64,000 bases of DNA, taken from positions 1,062,627 through 1,126,626 of the forward strand of contig CAJINV010000007.1 in NCBI GenBank assembly GCA_905178155.1, given 5' to 3'. The position numbers were made by a program, and so were the translations under genes. The notes under the pieces were generated by a model. The model was not told where the DNA came from and did no database searches. It saw only the letters and a program-made list of their open reading frames with translations. The DNA is from Amoebophrya sp. A120. Its lineage: Eukaryota; Protista; Dinoflagellata. Shown here piece after piece: positions 14,098-25,297 of this stretch. Position 1 is the stretch's first letter; each line of letters begins with the position of its first letter.

Positions 14098-15840
14098 TTT
14101 TTGTCTTGTGTTGTGCTGTCGTATGGAAATGAAGTAGGTGCGATACGTGTTCTATTTTGGTTTATATTTGGCTTTGGTTTGCTTATCTTCGCTGTTGCCG
14201 TTGCGCAATGGCTGACGAGGCTGAGCTTTCCCGGTTTTCTTGCGGATTGATATCAACTTCAACTTTGGTCCTCGTGATATAATGTTCTTTTGCCCGGTGG
14301 TCTACTTTTTTTACACTTGTTTTATTGTTCCCTAGTAGTCTTTCTTGTTATCGTCTTCTTTTATTCGTTGCTCCGAAAAAAAAAGCTATACTGCGTTTTG
14401 GTTTTCTTCAACATTGATTCTGACTGAAAGCACGATTGATGTCATCAGGATGAACAATACGTTGAAAGAGCGCCCACTATGATGGTGGAATCAGTATGGT
14501 ATTTGTGTCGCTGGGGAAAGAAAAAGAGAAACCGGGTAGCGCGATATCATTTCGAAATCCCAGTGGGGTGGAGTACTAACTATCTCTTGGTGCGGACGTA
14601 GTTCGTAACAAAAGCATTGTGCAAGTGCGACGTGCAACGTAGACATGCAGAGGTTCTTGGTCGGTATTTTTCTGCGAGAAGATTCAGATAGATTCTTCAC
14701 TATTGCAACACAAATTCAATGCAGGATTGCAGAAAACAACTCGAAGAGCAAGTTGTAGGTTCTGCGATCAGAGGTCTTCTCGTCGTCACTGATGATGAAT
14801 TGATATTACAGACCCGTCAGAAGAAAAAAAACTACCGAAGACAGAGGCTAGTATCTTATTCTTCACGTCGCAGCCGGCCTGCAAAAAAATTTGTTCCCTG
14901 ATCGTGCTCTCTTTTTTGCTAGACACTACAAAGACCTACGCGCCGACTCAAACTGTTTTTTCATCTAGCATAGAAGGTAGACAGAGTAGAAGTTCTTGAA
15001 CACCCCCGCATTAGCATGGATGCCGCTTTGAAAGGTATGGGCTTGATGTTGCGTGCCTTTCACAACGGCCAACCATCGTGAAAAAATCGTATGTAGTTCT
15101 TACCCACCGTGCGTTCTTTGCGTGGCTCCTTTTGCGCCCTTTAATATTTTCAACAACGTAGTGCCATGAAGTTTCTCCTTGATCTCTTTCTTGCACGACG
15201 CACTTTTTCCAATGACACCGCAAAATTGCGTGCTGTTGACCTTAGTGTGTGTGTGAAATAAAAGTGTGATAAAGTTGTGACCTAGTTGTACTAGTAGTAG
15301 TGTGATTGATGTATTGAACAACGAGTTTAGCGTATCTATCTATGGGTGAGACGTAGTTGCGTGGTCTCCCCTTCTTCCTCCCTTGAGTAGAGTATTGACA
15401 AAAGACAGAGCAGGCAGAGCCGTGATGCGGCTTCTAGTAGGAACAAATGTTAAAGTAATTGTCCCATAAGAAGTGTGTCGATAAATGATGAATAAACCGA
15501 GGTAAAAGCACATCAAGAGCTGTACTACAGCTGCTCGGGCACCTCCTGCAAGGAAGTGTGAATAAAAAATTGCGGCGCAGAGACGGACCACGTGCAGTTG
15601 CGTTTTCTTGTCAACAACACCATCAAACGCGTAAAAAATGTGGTGCAGCCGCACTGATGAAAAATTCTACGAAGCAAATGGCTGTAAAAACTGGAAGGAT
15701 GTTGTTGCGTGCTCCTGTCATGGTCTTCTTGCAGGAACAGGAGGTGAATTTGAATTTTTCAAGAACAGTAAAGAGTTTAAGAGTTTTCATAGCAGGATTT
15801 TTCAGCACTGTGACCTGCTAGTTGATGCACCAGCACCGCT

Positions 15841-18800
15841 TCACTTCGCCATCTCCACGGCTTTCTTGGCTGCCTCAGTGAAATCGTCAAACGCCTCGAC
15901 TTGCAGTTTCGATTCGTTGATAATTCTCTTTCCCTCATCGACGTTCGTGCCCACCAACCGCACGATGAGTGGTTTCGAAAGCCCGACATTCTTGATCGCA
16001 GCCACCACCCCGTTCGCAATCACGTCGCACCGCATGATACCGCCGAAGATGTTGATGAAGATGGACTTCACATTCGGGTCGCCCTGGTGGTGTTTTTAAT
16101 TTCATTTTTCCTTGTTACTACGCATGAGAAGTATCAAATGTAAAAATGTCTGGGTCTGGAAGATTCTGAGATTTGTCATGCATATTTCGGATCACGCAAG
16201 TGGCGTCTGATGCAGGCAAAAGCATCACAGGTTTTGAGCACGCCTCATGATGCCTGTCCCGCATGAGAAACTTCCTACTTGCGTGCCAAGAAATGGACAG
16301 CTTTTGGCGCTCATGCAACACAAATTTTTGTGTGTTCCAGAGTTTGCATCACAAGTTCCAACCCTTCCAGACCCAGACATTTTTACATTTGATAAGAAGT
16401 GATACAAAGCAAAAGCTGGTGATGCAAAACCGGCGTGCTGCAACAGCCGACACCTATATCGCAATCGCAAATCCAGCTCGCTGGTACTGGTTCGAAATAT
16501 TTTTCCGCATGAAATAAAACGAAAACGCCCTAGTACATGAAAGACAACTGTAGTACCTGCAAGATCTTAAATGCCGCGGTAATAGACTCCTCGTTTGCCG
16601 CACCACCCACGTCCAAAAAGTTGGCGGGCTTATCCAATGCAAATATGTCTGGGTCTGGAGGATTGCGAGAGATGTCATGCTAGTCTGGCATGTTGACTCT
16701 GCACTCTGTATTGCGTGGCCACCAAGAAGTTCTCTTGCCTGTCATGCAAAAGCGCACTTTCTCATGCGAAATACGCATCACAAAAGCACGAAAAAACTTG
16801 TCATGCTTGGCGGCGCATTACAGCAGGGCACTATATTGTTCACGGACTTGCATCACAAGTTTCCAGACCCAGACATTTTTGCAATCCATAGGGCTCCCCG
16901 CCGAACAACTTGAGCAAGTCCATGGTGGCCATGGCAAGCTCGTATCCTGTGCAAAAGTATCGCGCTCGTAGTAATTGCATTTACGCATTACAAATTTCTT
17001 TCCCAAGGCAAATCAGCATTACAAATTTAATTTGTAATGCTGGGCTAATTTGGAATGCAATTTATACTAGAGTACGATGCTTTTGCATTGCATAGCCCGG
17101 CTCCGTTAACCATGCACGCGACCGACCCATCCAGGCCAATGTAGTTCAGGTCAAACTCTTTTGCGGCCACCTCGCGGCTGTCCTCCTGTAATTCAGTTTA
17201 GAAGTCGTTCCTGTCATGAGCGACACCTTGTCGGCTCCGATTCCATAGCAAGTACTGTTTTCTTCAGGTCTTTGTGATGCAACACCCACTACGTAAATGT
17301 TCGTTCCCATGCAGAAAGAGCATAATGATAATCTTGATCGCTTGCGGTTGCGCTTCAACATGGTGATCAAAAATACCTGGCTCACATCCCTCTTCGAGTG
17401 CAGATCCTGGTGCCGAAAGGACGCGTTGTCGTCAAACCCCACCTTTGCGTCACACACGATGACCCGGCCATCGGACAATTCCGCGAAGGGGTTAATCTCC
17501 ATCATTATCCAGTGCAAAAGTATAATCGCGCTCGTGCTGGTACTAATTGCAGAAGTATCTTCGCAATTAGCTGATTCTAGCGAAGGTACAAACCTACGCC
17601 TTTTCCTTTAGCTGAATCAGCATTACAAATTCGGATTTTGTCTTTATACGAAATAAACTTGTGATGCAATTAAGTACCACCAGCGCGATAATGAAAATTT
17701 TGATGCAATGCATAACCATCGTGCAGTCGCACTCGATGAAGACCTTGTAGTATCAAATGTAAAAATGTCTGTGTCTGGAAGATTGGAATTGGAACTTGTG
17801 ATGCTGCATTTGGATGTCTAAAAAATTTGTGTTGCATGAGCAGCAAAAGGATTCTAATTCTTGCTACGCGGAGAGGGCATTTGTCATGAATCCCTCAAAA
17901 AACCTGTGATGCTAGGACACGCATCACAGACATCATGGCGCACGCAAACCATGCGTGACAAGTCTCAGAATCTTCCAGACCCAGACATTTTTGCATTTGA
18001 TATGTAGAGGCCCAGAATGGACTTCGCAGCGTCGTCGGCCTGCGCGCCGGTAAAGCCCATCTGCTCCGCCATCTGCTTCGCCTGGGCACTGCTATGGATT
18101 GCAAAAATGTCTGGGTCTGGGAAGATTGGAACTTGTGATGCTGCATTTGGATGTCTAAAAAATTTGTGTTGCATGAGCAGCAAAAGGATTCTGATTCTTG
18201 CTACAAGGATAGGGCATTTGTCATGCGGAATAGGCATCAAGATGCCCTCAGAAAATATATGATGCTAGGGCGTGCATCACAGACATCATGGCTCATGCAA
18301 GACGTGCATCACAAGTTTCAGAATCTTCCAGACCCAGACATTTTTACAGTTGATAACTGCTCATGCCCTGCATAATGTCGATCGGCATCTTGATGATGGC
18401 CGTTGGGTCGCTGTTTTGATTGATTTTGTAGTAGAGTTTTCATTTTGATTTTGTTTTAGTGTGGACATGATGATGTTGATGAAGTAGACTAAGAAACCCT
18501 ACATAGTGTTCCTTTCCGCCTGCTGTAGTGCAAATAAGCAATCGATCCACTACAACATGAAAACCAAATTTACGCAGCAGCAATGTCTTCGATCGAGGTT
18601 CCGCCCGTCTTGCTTCCAATCACCAAAGGCCCCCCGGCAGATCGGTCCATCAGAATGGCGAAGTACCGTTCTGACTTGATTTCAAATTTTTCCACGAGCA
18701 AAAGGCTGTTGATTGGCTTGCCCGTCTCTCCAGTCTGCTTGGTCACCTAAAAACAGGAGAACAAGCTTGGTTCATCATTTAAGATCTTTCTTTGTCATGC

Positions 18801-19923
18801 GTGCTTTAAAGCTGCAGCGACATCACTGCACGAGCATCATAACAGGTCGAAGTTCCAGTAGTAGCTACTTGCATCAAAACTTTGAGATGATTTGCAATGC
18901 AGTTTGTGTTTTTTGTGCACGACCACACTGTACTTCTAGTTCATTGCTCGTGCTGGTTTCTCGCTATAGCACGCCGACGAATTGATATTGAAATTTTATT
19001 TCTGAAAAATACCAGGGTCTTGCCCATCATTTTATCCGCCAAGTCCACAGCGTGTGCCTTGTCCTTGGCCACGTGCACCCCGCCCTGGAATCCGTTCTCT
19101 TTCACATGCCCCAACCCCCGGCCGCCGGCTAGCACCTGCGATTTCACCACCACATCCGTACCCATCGCGTCGTACACGTTTCCCATCTCGCCCTGGTATC
19201 AAATGTAAAAGTGTCTGGGTCTGGAAGAATACAAGATTTGTGATGCAGGTTTTCCATGACCCATGAGGTCTGGAATGCGAGACCCAGCATGACAGATTCT
19301 TTTAGGGCTCTATCATGCCTTTCCTGCATGAGAAACTCCCTCTCAACTTGGTCAAAAGGAGGCAGCTTTTGGCACTCATGCAACACAGATTTCTGCATGA
19401 TTCGGATTTAGCATGACAAGTTGCATTCTTCCAGACCCAGACATTTTTACATTTGATACCTGGGACTTGCACACCATGAATTTCGGCACCGCAACGCCAA
19501 ATTTGTTGAAAACTTCCATCATCAAATGCAAAAATGTCTGGGTCCGGAAGAGTACAGACATTTGTGATGCAGTTTTGGCCTAGCCCAGATCGTCTGGCAT
19601 GCAAGCCCTAGCATCACAGATTCCGAGCAGGTATCCCGATGCGTAATCCGCATGACAAATGCCCTCTTTCTGTAACAGGAAGTGGGGCCTTTTGCTGACC
19701 ATGCATGGCAGATTTTGTCATGATGTAGCATTCGCATCACAAATTCGAATCCATGGATCCAGTCCCAGACATATTTGCAATGCGTATCCATGGACTGGTA
19801 CTCATGCAGGTTCAAAAACCGCTTCTGGTTCTTCATGGGGTTAGAACCCGACAGAGCCGTTCGGGACGCGAAGGGCGCGCGAGCCGCGACCGAGGTCGCC
19901 TGACGGAGGGTGGAGAAGGCCAT
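15841..19923 (-). CDS. sucC: Succinyl-CoA synthetase beta subunit, mitochondrial (SucC/SUCLA2-SUCLG2 family)
   Basis: Transit-peptide-like N-terminus, then [96 protein letters not shown]. Seven exonic introners plus four GT-AG introns (18747-19012, 18411-18573, 17186-17376, 16084-16556). Confidence 0.96.
16132..16394. mobile_element. Introner, family A, nested in a GT-AG intron
   Basis: TIR; TSD agaag. Confidence 0.92.
16631..16890. mobile_element. Introner, family A
   Basis: TSD gggct; removal gives GEP/ANFLD. Confidence 0.95.
16943..17094. mobile_element. Introner, family B
   Basis: TSD gctcg/gcccg; removal gives NGAG/LAM. Confidence 0.95.
17506..17714. mobile_element. Introner, B-like
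   Basis: TSD atcat/accat; removal gives TMV/EINP. Confidence 0.9.
17751..18002. mobile_element. Introner, family A
   Basis: TSD tgtag; removal gives GLY/KVF. Confidence 0.95.
18093..18355. mobile_element. Introner, family A
   Basis: TSD actgc; removal gives GMSS/AQA. Confidence 0.95.
19197..19458. mobile_element. Introner, family A (can be read as GT-AG)
   Basis: TSD cctgg; removal gives KSQ/GEM. Confidence 0.95.
19520..19786. mobile_element. Introner, family A (variant termini CAT..GTA)
   Basis: TSD tccat; removal gives EYQSM/EVF. Confidence 0.92.
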
Positions 19924-21645
19924 TTTGGGTTTTCTTCGGTCAAAAACAATGATACAAATCGAGCACAGGTCCTCGCTCTAGTCGTGGTGTCCTCTCGGTG
20001 GGTGTAGTTCTTCTTCTTTCCGTAGCTAGTACTGATGATGTTCTGGCGAGTAGTTATTTGATGGTGTAGGTCCGATGTTGACCTTGACAAAATAATAGGA
20101 TTAGTAGTAGTAGTAGTAGTAATTCCCAACAGGGGGATCGAGTAGTAGGAAGGAGAGTAAATGTAGACGTTCTACTTGACAGATGAAGTGCCAGTATTAA
20201 AGCTCGTCGTGTTTGGTACTACACAAACACAGAAGTTCGTTGCTTTGCAACCTTCTTCCCGGGGAGATGGACCTGGAGAGATGTTGTACGGAAACAAGAA
20301 TTGCAAGTAGGTTCGCTGACAGCACAGGAACTGTAAATAGTTTTGTTCTTGCAACCCTCTCAAAATAAACAAGCAAGCTCCACACTCAAAAAGAATCGGG
20401 GAAATAAGAAAGAAACCGACTCTCTGACACTTCCAGTAGGGGCCGCAGGTTCTGATTTTCTCTCTGTCACCAGAAAAAAAAATTGCAGAAAAACTAGTAC
20501 ACTTACTGACCGAAGTAGAGAGTCAATCTTTTGTTGCTCTCAAGAACTACACGGATAAGTACAAGCTCTCTCCGCCGAGGAACATTGGAAACAAACTACC
20601 AATGAAGAAAAAAACGCTGAGCAGCGGGAGAATGCGGCCGAATTTCTGCTGGTGTTCTTGTTCTCTCTCTACCGATAGATTTTCATACGGGAGGGTTTGT
20701 TCTGTGCGGACAGCCGGTACGGGTAGGTGCAGTTCTAAAAAACAAGCGAAATTCCCTCAACACTGGAAGAATGCTAGACCCGGAACGAACTCCTGCGTAG
20801 TAGGGCAGGGGATGAGGTACTTAGCAAGTAGGACATGAACTCTGTACATGGTAAGAACCCTCAACAGTGCGCAACTACCTCTGAGACGTCGGCACAAAAG
20901 AAGTGGCTCACCTGCTGCACTTCGTGGGCAAAACCACCCTCTGTGTTTTTCTTTCGTCTTTCCCGTGCTGGAGGACGAACCACAAAGCAGATGAAAATCA
21001 TTCATGTGTTCCAAAAGTGCTACAGCGTTTAGTGCGAGTTTCTCCTGTAGGTATCGTTTGTAAGTATCTTGTTGTACAGGTACTGAAATTGAATTCGCCA
21101 ACGAAATAAAGAAAAACGCAATGAAAACAAGATGAGCAAACTCATCTCTATGTATGAACTACAAGAAATAATGTCCTCTGGAATAAACGCAATGAACTGC
21201 ACTAGTAGACCGGTCAGCAGCACAAGAACTGTGAGCCGGCTGGTCGTGCCCGCCTACTCTGCTCTTCTAAATCTAAACTACTTCTTAGTAGTAATTGATT
21301 GCACACAAAAATGAAAATCACAACATGAACATGTATGTACCGTAAGTACCTACTTAGCTGAAAACTTACTCGCAGCTTCTCGATGTATATGATGAAAAAC
21401 GAAATTCTTCGGCGTGATTCTTGTTCTACTGGTACCGGAAATAAGGATGGAAAAATGAGAATTCCAATTATGCTTCCAATTACCAGGATGATCCACTTCC
21501 ATGTCGATGGAGTAGAAACCGCTGCTGCTCTCAAAACGAACCCGATACGGTGTCCTTGTCACCTTGTCCTCGTTCTTGTTTTCCTCCTCGTGCTACTAAT
21601 TATCGTCCTGTTCTTGGGACGTCGAGCACAGCAGGATCCACCTCT

Positions 21646-23885
21646 TCATCGGTTCATAGCGCCGACGAACCGCAAGATCGTCAGAAACAGGTTGTAAATC
21701 TCAACGAAGAGAAACATGGACGCGATCGCGTAGTCGTCGGTCGAGAACTCGTGGGCCCGGTTTTTCCCGCCAATGATGAGCTGAAACGCGTAGATAATGT
21801 ACGCACAGGTCAGCAAGGCGCACAGCCCGTTCAAAACCAGAGCCAAAACGGTCACACTGTTAATGTTTATGTTTGATGCATTCGTTTTTGTTGTTCAGTG
21901 TCAGTTTGATCATATGCAAAGCGAGCGAGTATAGTAGTACAAGTGGGCGCCTGGGTCATGAGCCAGAAGATCGATGTAGCCACAACCTAGAAGATAAAGA
22001 TTATAGCTGTATTATTCAGTCGATTCGATATACGCTATCGAACACGAATTCGAAAGGATATGTCGATCATAAAATAAAGACATCGGATGAAATAAATGAA
22101 TATCATACTGCTTTCCGCCGCCACCGGATAAGCAGACGCAGATGAGCATCGAGAACATGGAGACCAGGAGCAGCGCGATAGAGAGCCCGAAGAACCACAT
22201 GCCGCAGCCCGTGAAGTCCAGACAGCAGAAGGACATGAGGTAGAGTATCAGCACCATGCCCACCGTGATGGCCAACGCGATGAAAATTACCGACGTCGCC
22301 TCGAAAAAGCAGGTCAGCTGGAGCTGCAGCCCGAAGGAGATTATGCGTTGCAAATATGTCTGGGTCGGGAAGGATGCGAACTTGTGATGCGCATTTCACA
22401 ACACACACAAATCTCTCATGCAGAGGCACCAGCAAAAGAGGCCCATTCCCTGTCACCAATTTGTCATGCGAATTAGGCAATGCGAAAGAATCTCGAGATC
22501 TGTGACGCAAGGGCTTCCATGACAGACCTTCACCTTCTGTGTCATGCAAAAACAGCATGACAAAAATCAGCACTCTTCCGAACCCAGACACGTTTGCATT
22601 TGATAGAGATCGCGATGACGGCACAGATATGAACTGCAAAAGTATCGTACTCGTATAAATGCATTACAAATTTCCTCAGCATGAGAAAGAAGATTTGTAA
22701 TGCAGATTTGCCTTGGAAACAAGATTTGTAATGCAAGGCTTGCATTAGCATTTGTACGAGTACGATACTTTTGCACAGGATAGCAGAGAATGTAACTGCA
22801 GGGGAATTTCCGGGGCGCCTCGCCGCAGCAACCACACATATGAGAGCCTCAGGTTGGAAATCCTCAAAGTGGAAATAATTTGTAATGCAAAAAAACGAAT
22901 CCAGTTGAAGTGCCATTTCTAGTCGGCGCATGACAAATTTTCCGGGCACTCAAAGCATGTCTGTCATGCTAGACAGGCAAAGGGGTGCCCTTCTCTCGTG
23001 CTAATCAGCAGCCCAATTATGAACCCCTAGCAGGACAATAGTCGGTCTCCATTGTGTCCTCTGCAATACGCTCTTTTCTGCCTTGCATTTCATGCATCAC
23101 AAATTATTTCCACTTTGAGGATTTCCATTCTGAGGCTTTCATAACACATCACCGCGCAGTAGGTGGGAAGCCCGATGAGAAACCCAACGCCGGCGAGGAT
23201 CGCGGACACCATCACGAGCGTGGCAAGGGAAGCGGCAACCTCCTCAACGTAGTCAGAGGACGGAAATTGCGTGAATTCACCGTCCGCGTTTTTCTCTGTT
23301 TTTTTTTTTTGGTTGCGCAACATGTCTATTTTTGAGTAGAGCGATACACTTCTAGAACGTAGTTGCACAAGAATCAGGCTTCAGATTCGACTAGAAAAGA
23401 AGCATGGATTTTTTCATCGAGCCTTGAATAATTGTAAGTGGATCACCATCTGCTTTTGTGTAAGAACAAGAGTTGGTACGTACTAGATAATTTACAACAA
23501 CTCTACAAGTACTTACGACTTTAATACCACTTGTATTTAGCTCCGTCATGAACATGCCACTGATATGGTGCAGAAGTTCTTGGTTTTTGGCTCCATCCGA
23601 GTCTCCCGCCACGGCGGCGGCGAAAGGAACGCCTTTCACCTTGGAGTACCCGACGTATTTCACGGTGAACACAATGCCCGCAACCAGGGTGAACATGACG
23701 GTGACAATGCCCAACACCTTGCGGGCAAAGCTTTTTCGCACGGCCTCGTCCATGTTTTCCGTGATCATGTGGGTGCCATAGATGTTATCATCAGCACCTC
23801 CGCCGACGAAAATATTGTCGTTGCCATCCCGGGCCGCCGCGTCGGCGGCACCGTACAACTGGTTGGAGGTCCGGCGCGCGGCCAT
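21646..23885 (-). CDS. Bax inhibitor-1 / TMBIM (lifeguard-like) membrane protein, paralog 1
   Basis: VRKSFARKVLGIV (RxxFIRKVY-like), hydrophobic helices, C-terminal FQLIIGGK...DDYAIASMFLFVEIYNLFL. One internal junction unresolved. Confidence 0.85.
22342..22605. mobile_element. Introner, family A
   Basis: TIR; TSD gagat. Confidence 0.9.
22628..22782. mobile_element. Introner, family B
   Basis: TIR; TSD acaga/gcaga. Confidence 0.9.
22839..23143. mobile_element. Introner, family H (TATGAGAGCCTCAG)
   Basis: About 45-bp TIR; TSD acaca. Confidence 0.9.
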
Positions 23886-25297
23886 GGTTTATTTCGTTTT
23901 CAAAATGTTATTCTTGTTTCTTGTAGTGTGAATGTGCAAAAAAAGAAGAGTAGCAGGAGACACGCTAAATAAATGGAACAATGTCGAATTCTTCGGTTGA
24001 AATCTTGAGGCTACTTCCAAACATACTTCCAGCTACTGCAATATGTTGGACGATTCGAAGCGCCGGGAGGACGCCCCGTGGCCTCGCTACAACGACGACC
24101 CGTCGCTCCTGGGACTGCCCGCCTCGCTACGACGACCCGTGGCTTTTGATGTTGCCGGTGAGAGCTACGGGTGATCGAACTGTCGTGCGCCCAACGCCAG
24201 ACGTGAAAGTTGTGAAGCAGCTCTCATAGTTGTACTTACTTACATCTACATGTAGTTGACGTCAAAACGAATAAAAGCATGCATATGTAGTTGCAAGATA
24301 ATCCGCGTGTGTGCAAATTACATGATGGGTAGATAGTTCGCGATTGCGTTTTTTCCTCCTCCTGCAGTAAGTGGATGAAAAGGATTTTAGTACATCTGGT
24401 TATGGACGAAGTAGATCTTAGATATTTGACGAAGGCATAAATTGTTAGGATTGCACGTTTCTTTTTTTTTGTTTTAGTTACCAGACCTGTAGTTGTACGA
24501 ATTCCACAGACGACCGCCAGACGAGGAGCTTTCTCAATACGAACCGACGAGGAGATTTTGGCAGTTTCAGTACGAACCGAAAGTCATTGATTTATTAGCA
24601 CAAACCGAATGAAATCAAAATCTTTCTAACGCACGAGCAAGCCTTTTAGTAGGGCACGGTAGAAGTACAAGAACCGAGAGCAATGTCGATGGTCGATGAC
24701 CAGGTCATCATGCTACATCGCACCTACAACCGATGGTCGCATCAAGTGGGAGTCGTGGAAGTGCACCACGATAGAAATAATTCAACCTCTGATGGGGAAC
24801 TAATTTTTGCAGTGTTTATTTATTTTCGAGTACGGATGTTGAAAGGAAACTTGTTCTTGTCATCAACGTTATTTGACGTCTGCTGTAGTTCCTATTCCAG
24901 TTATGGAACAATAACAATTCAGACAGTAGAGAAGTACGTGCTAGTGTCATATGTGTGTGACAAAACCTTCAGAAGAATTTATTAGCACACACAAAGTAGA
25001 ACTGGAAAATCTTGAAAATGCACTCAAAATAAAAGTGAATCACTCTTAAAAATCATGTCGGTGTCAGAAACAAACTGCAGTGCACTCTCGATTTTGTATC
25101 CACTGTAACAGTGGTGAATCTCAGTTATCATGTAACAGTATACTTACAAGATTAGGTAAAACTGAATGCAATAAGTTATGCTATGCTAGACAAGAAGTCA
25201 TGTCATGAAATACAACCATCCACTAGTACTACTTAGAATCCTCGTCATGTAAATCAATGATTCTTCCTGGTGCATCATCAAGCCCATCATCTCCTCG

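Noticed and set aside
19918-19930. gccattttgg as a dinoflagellate spliced-leader relic
   Set aside because: It is the reverse complement of the AAAATGGC start context and is on the wrong strand.
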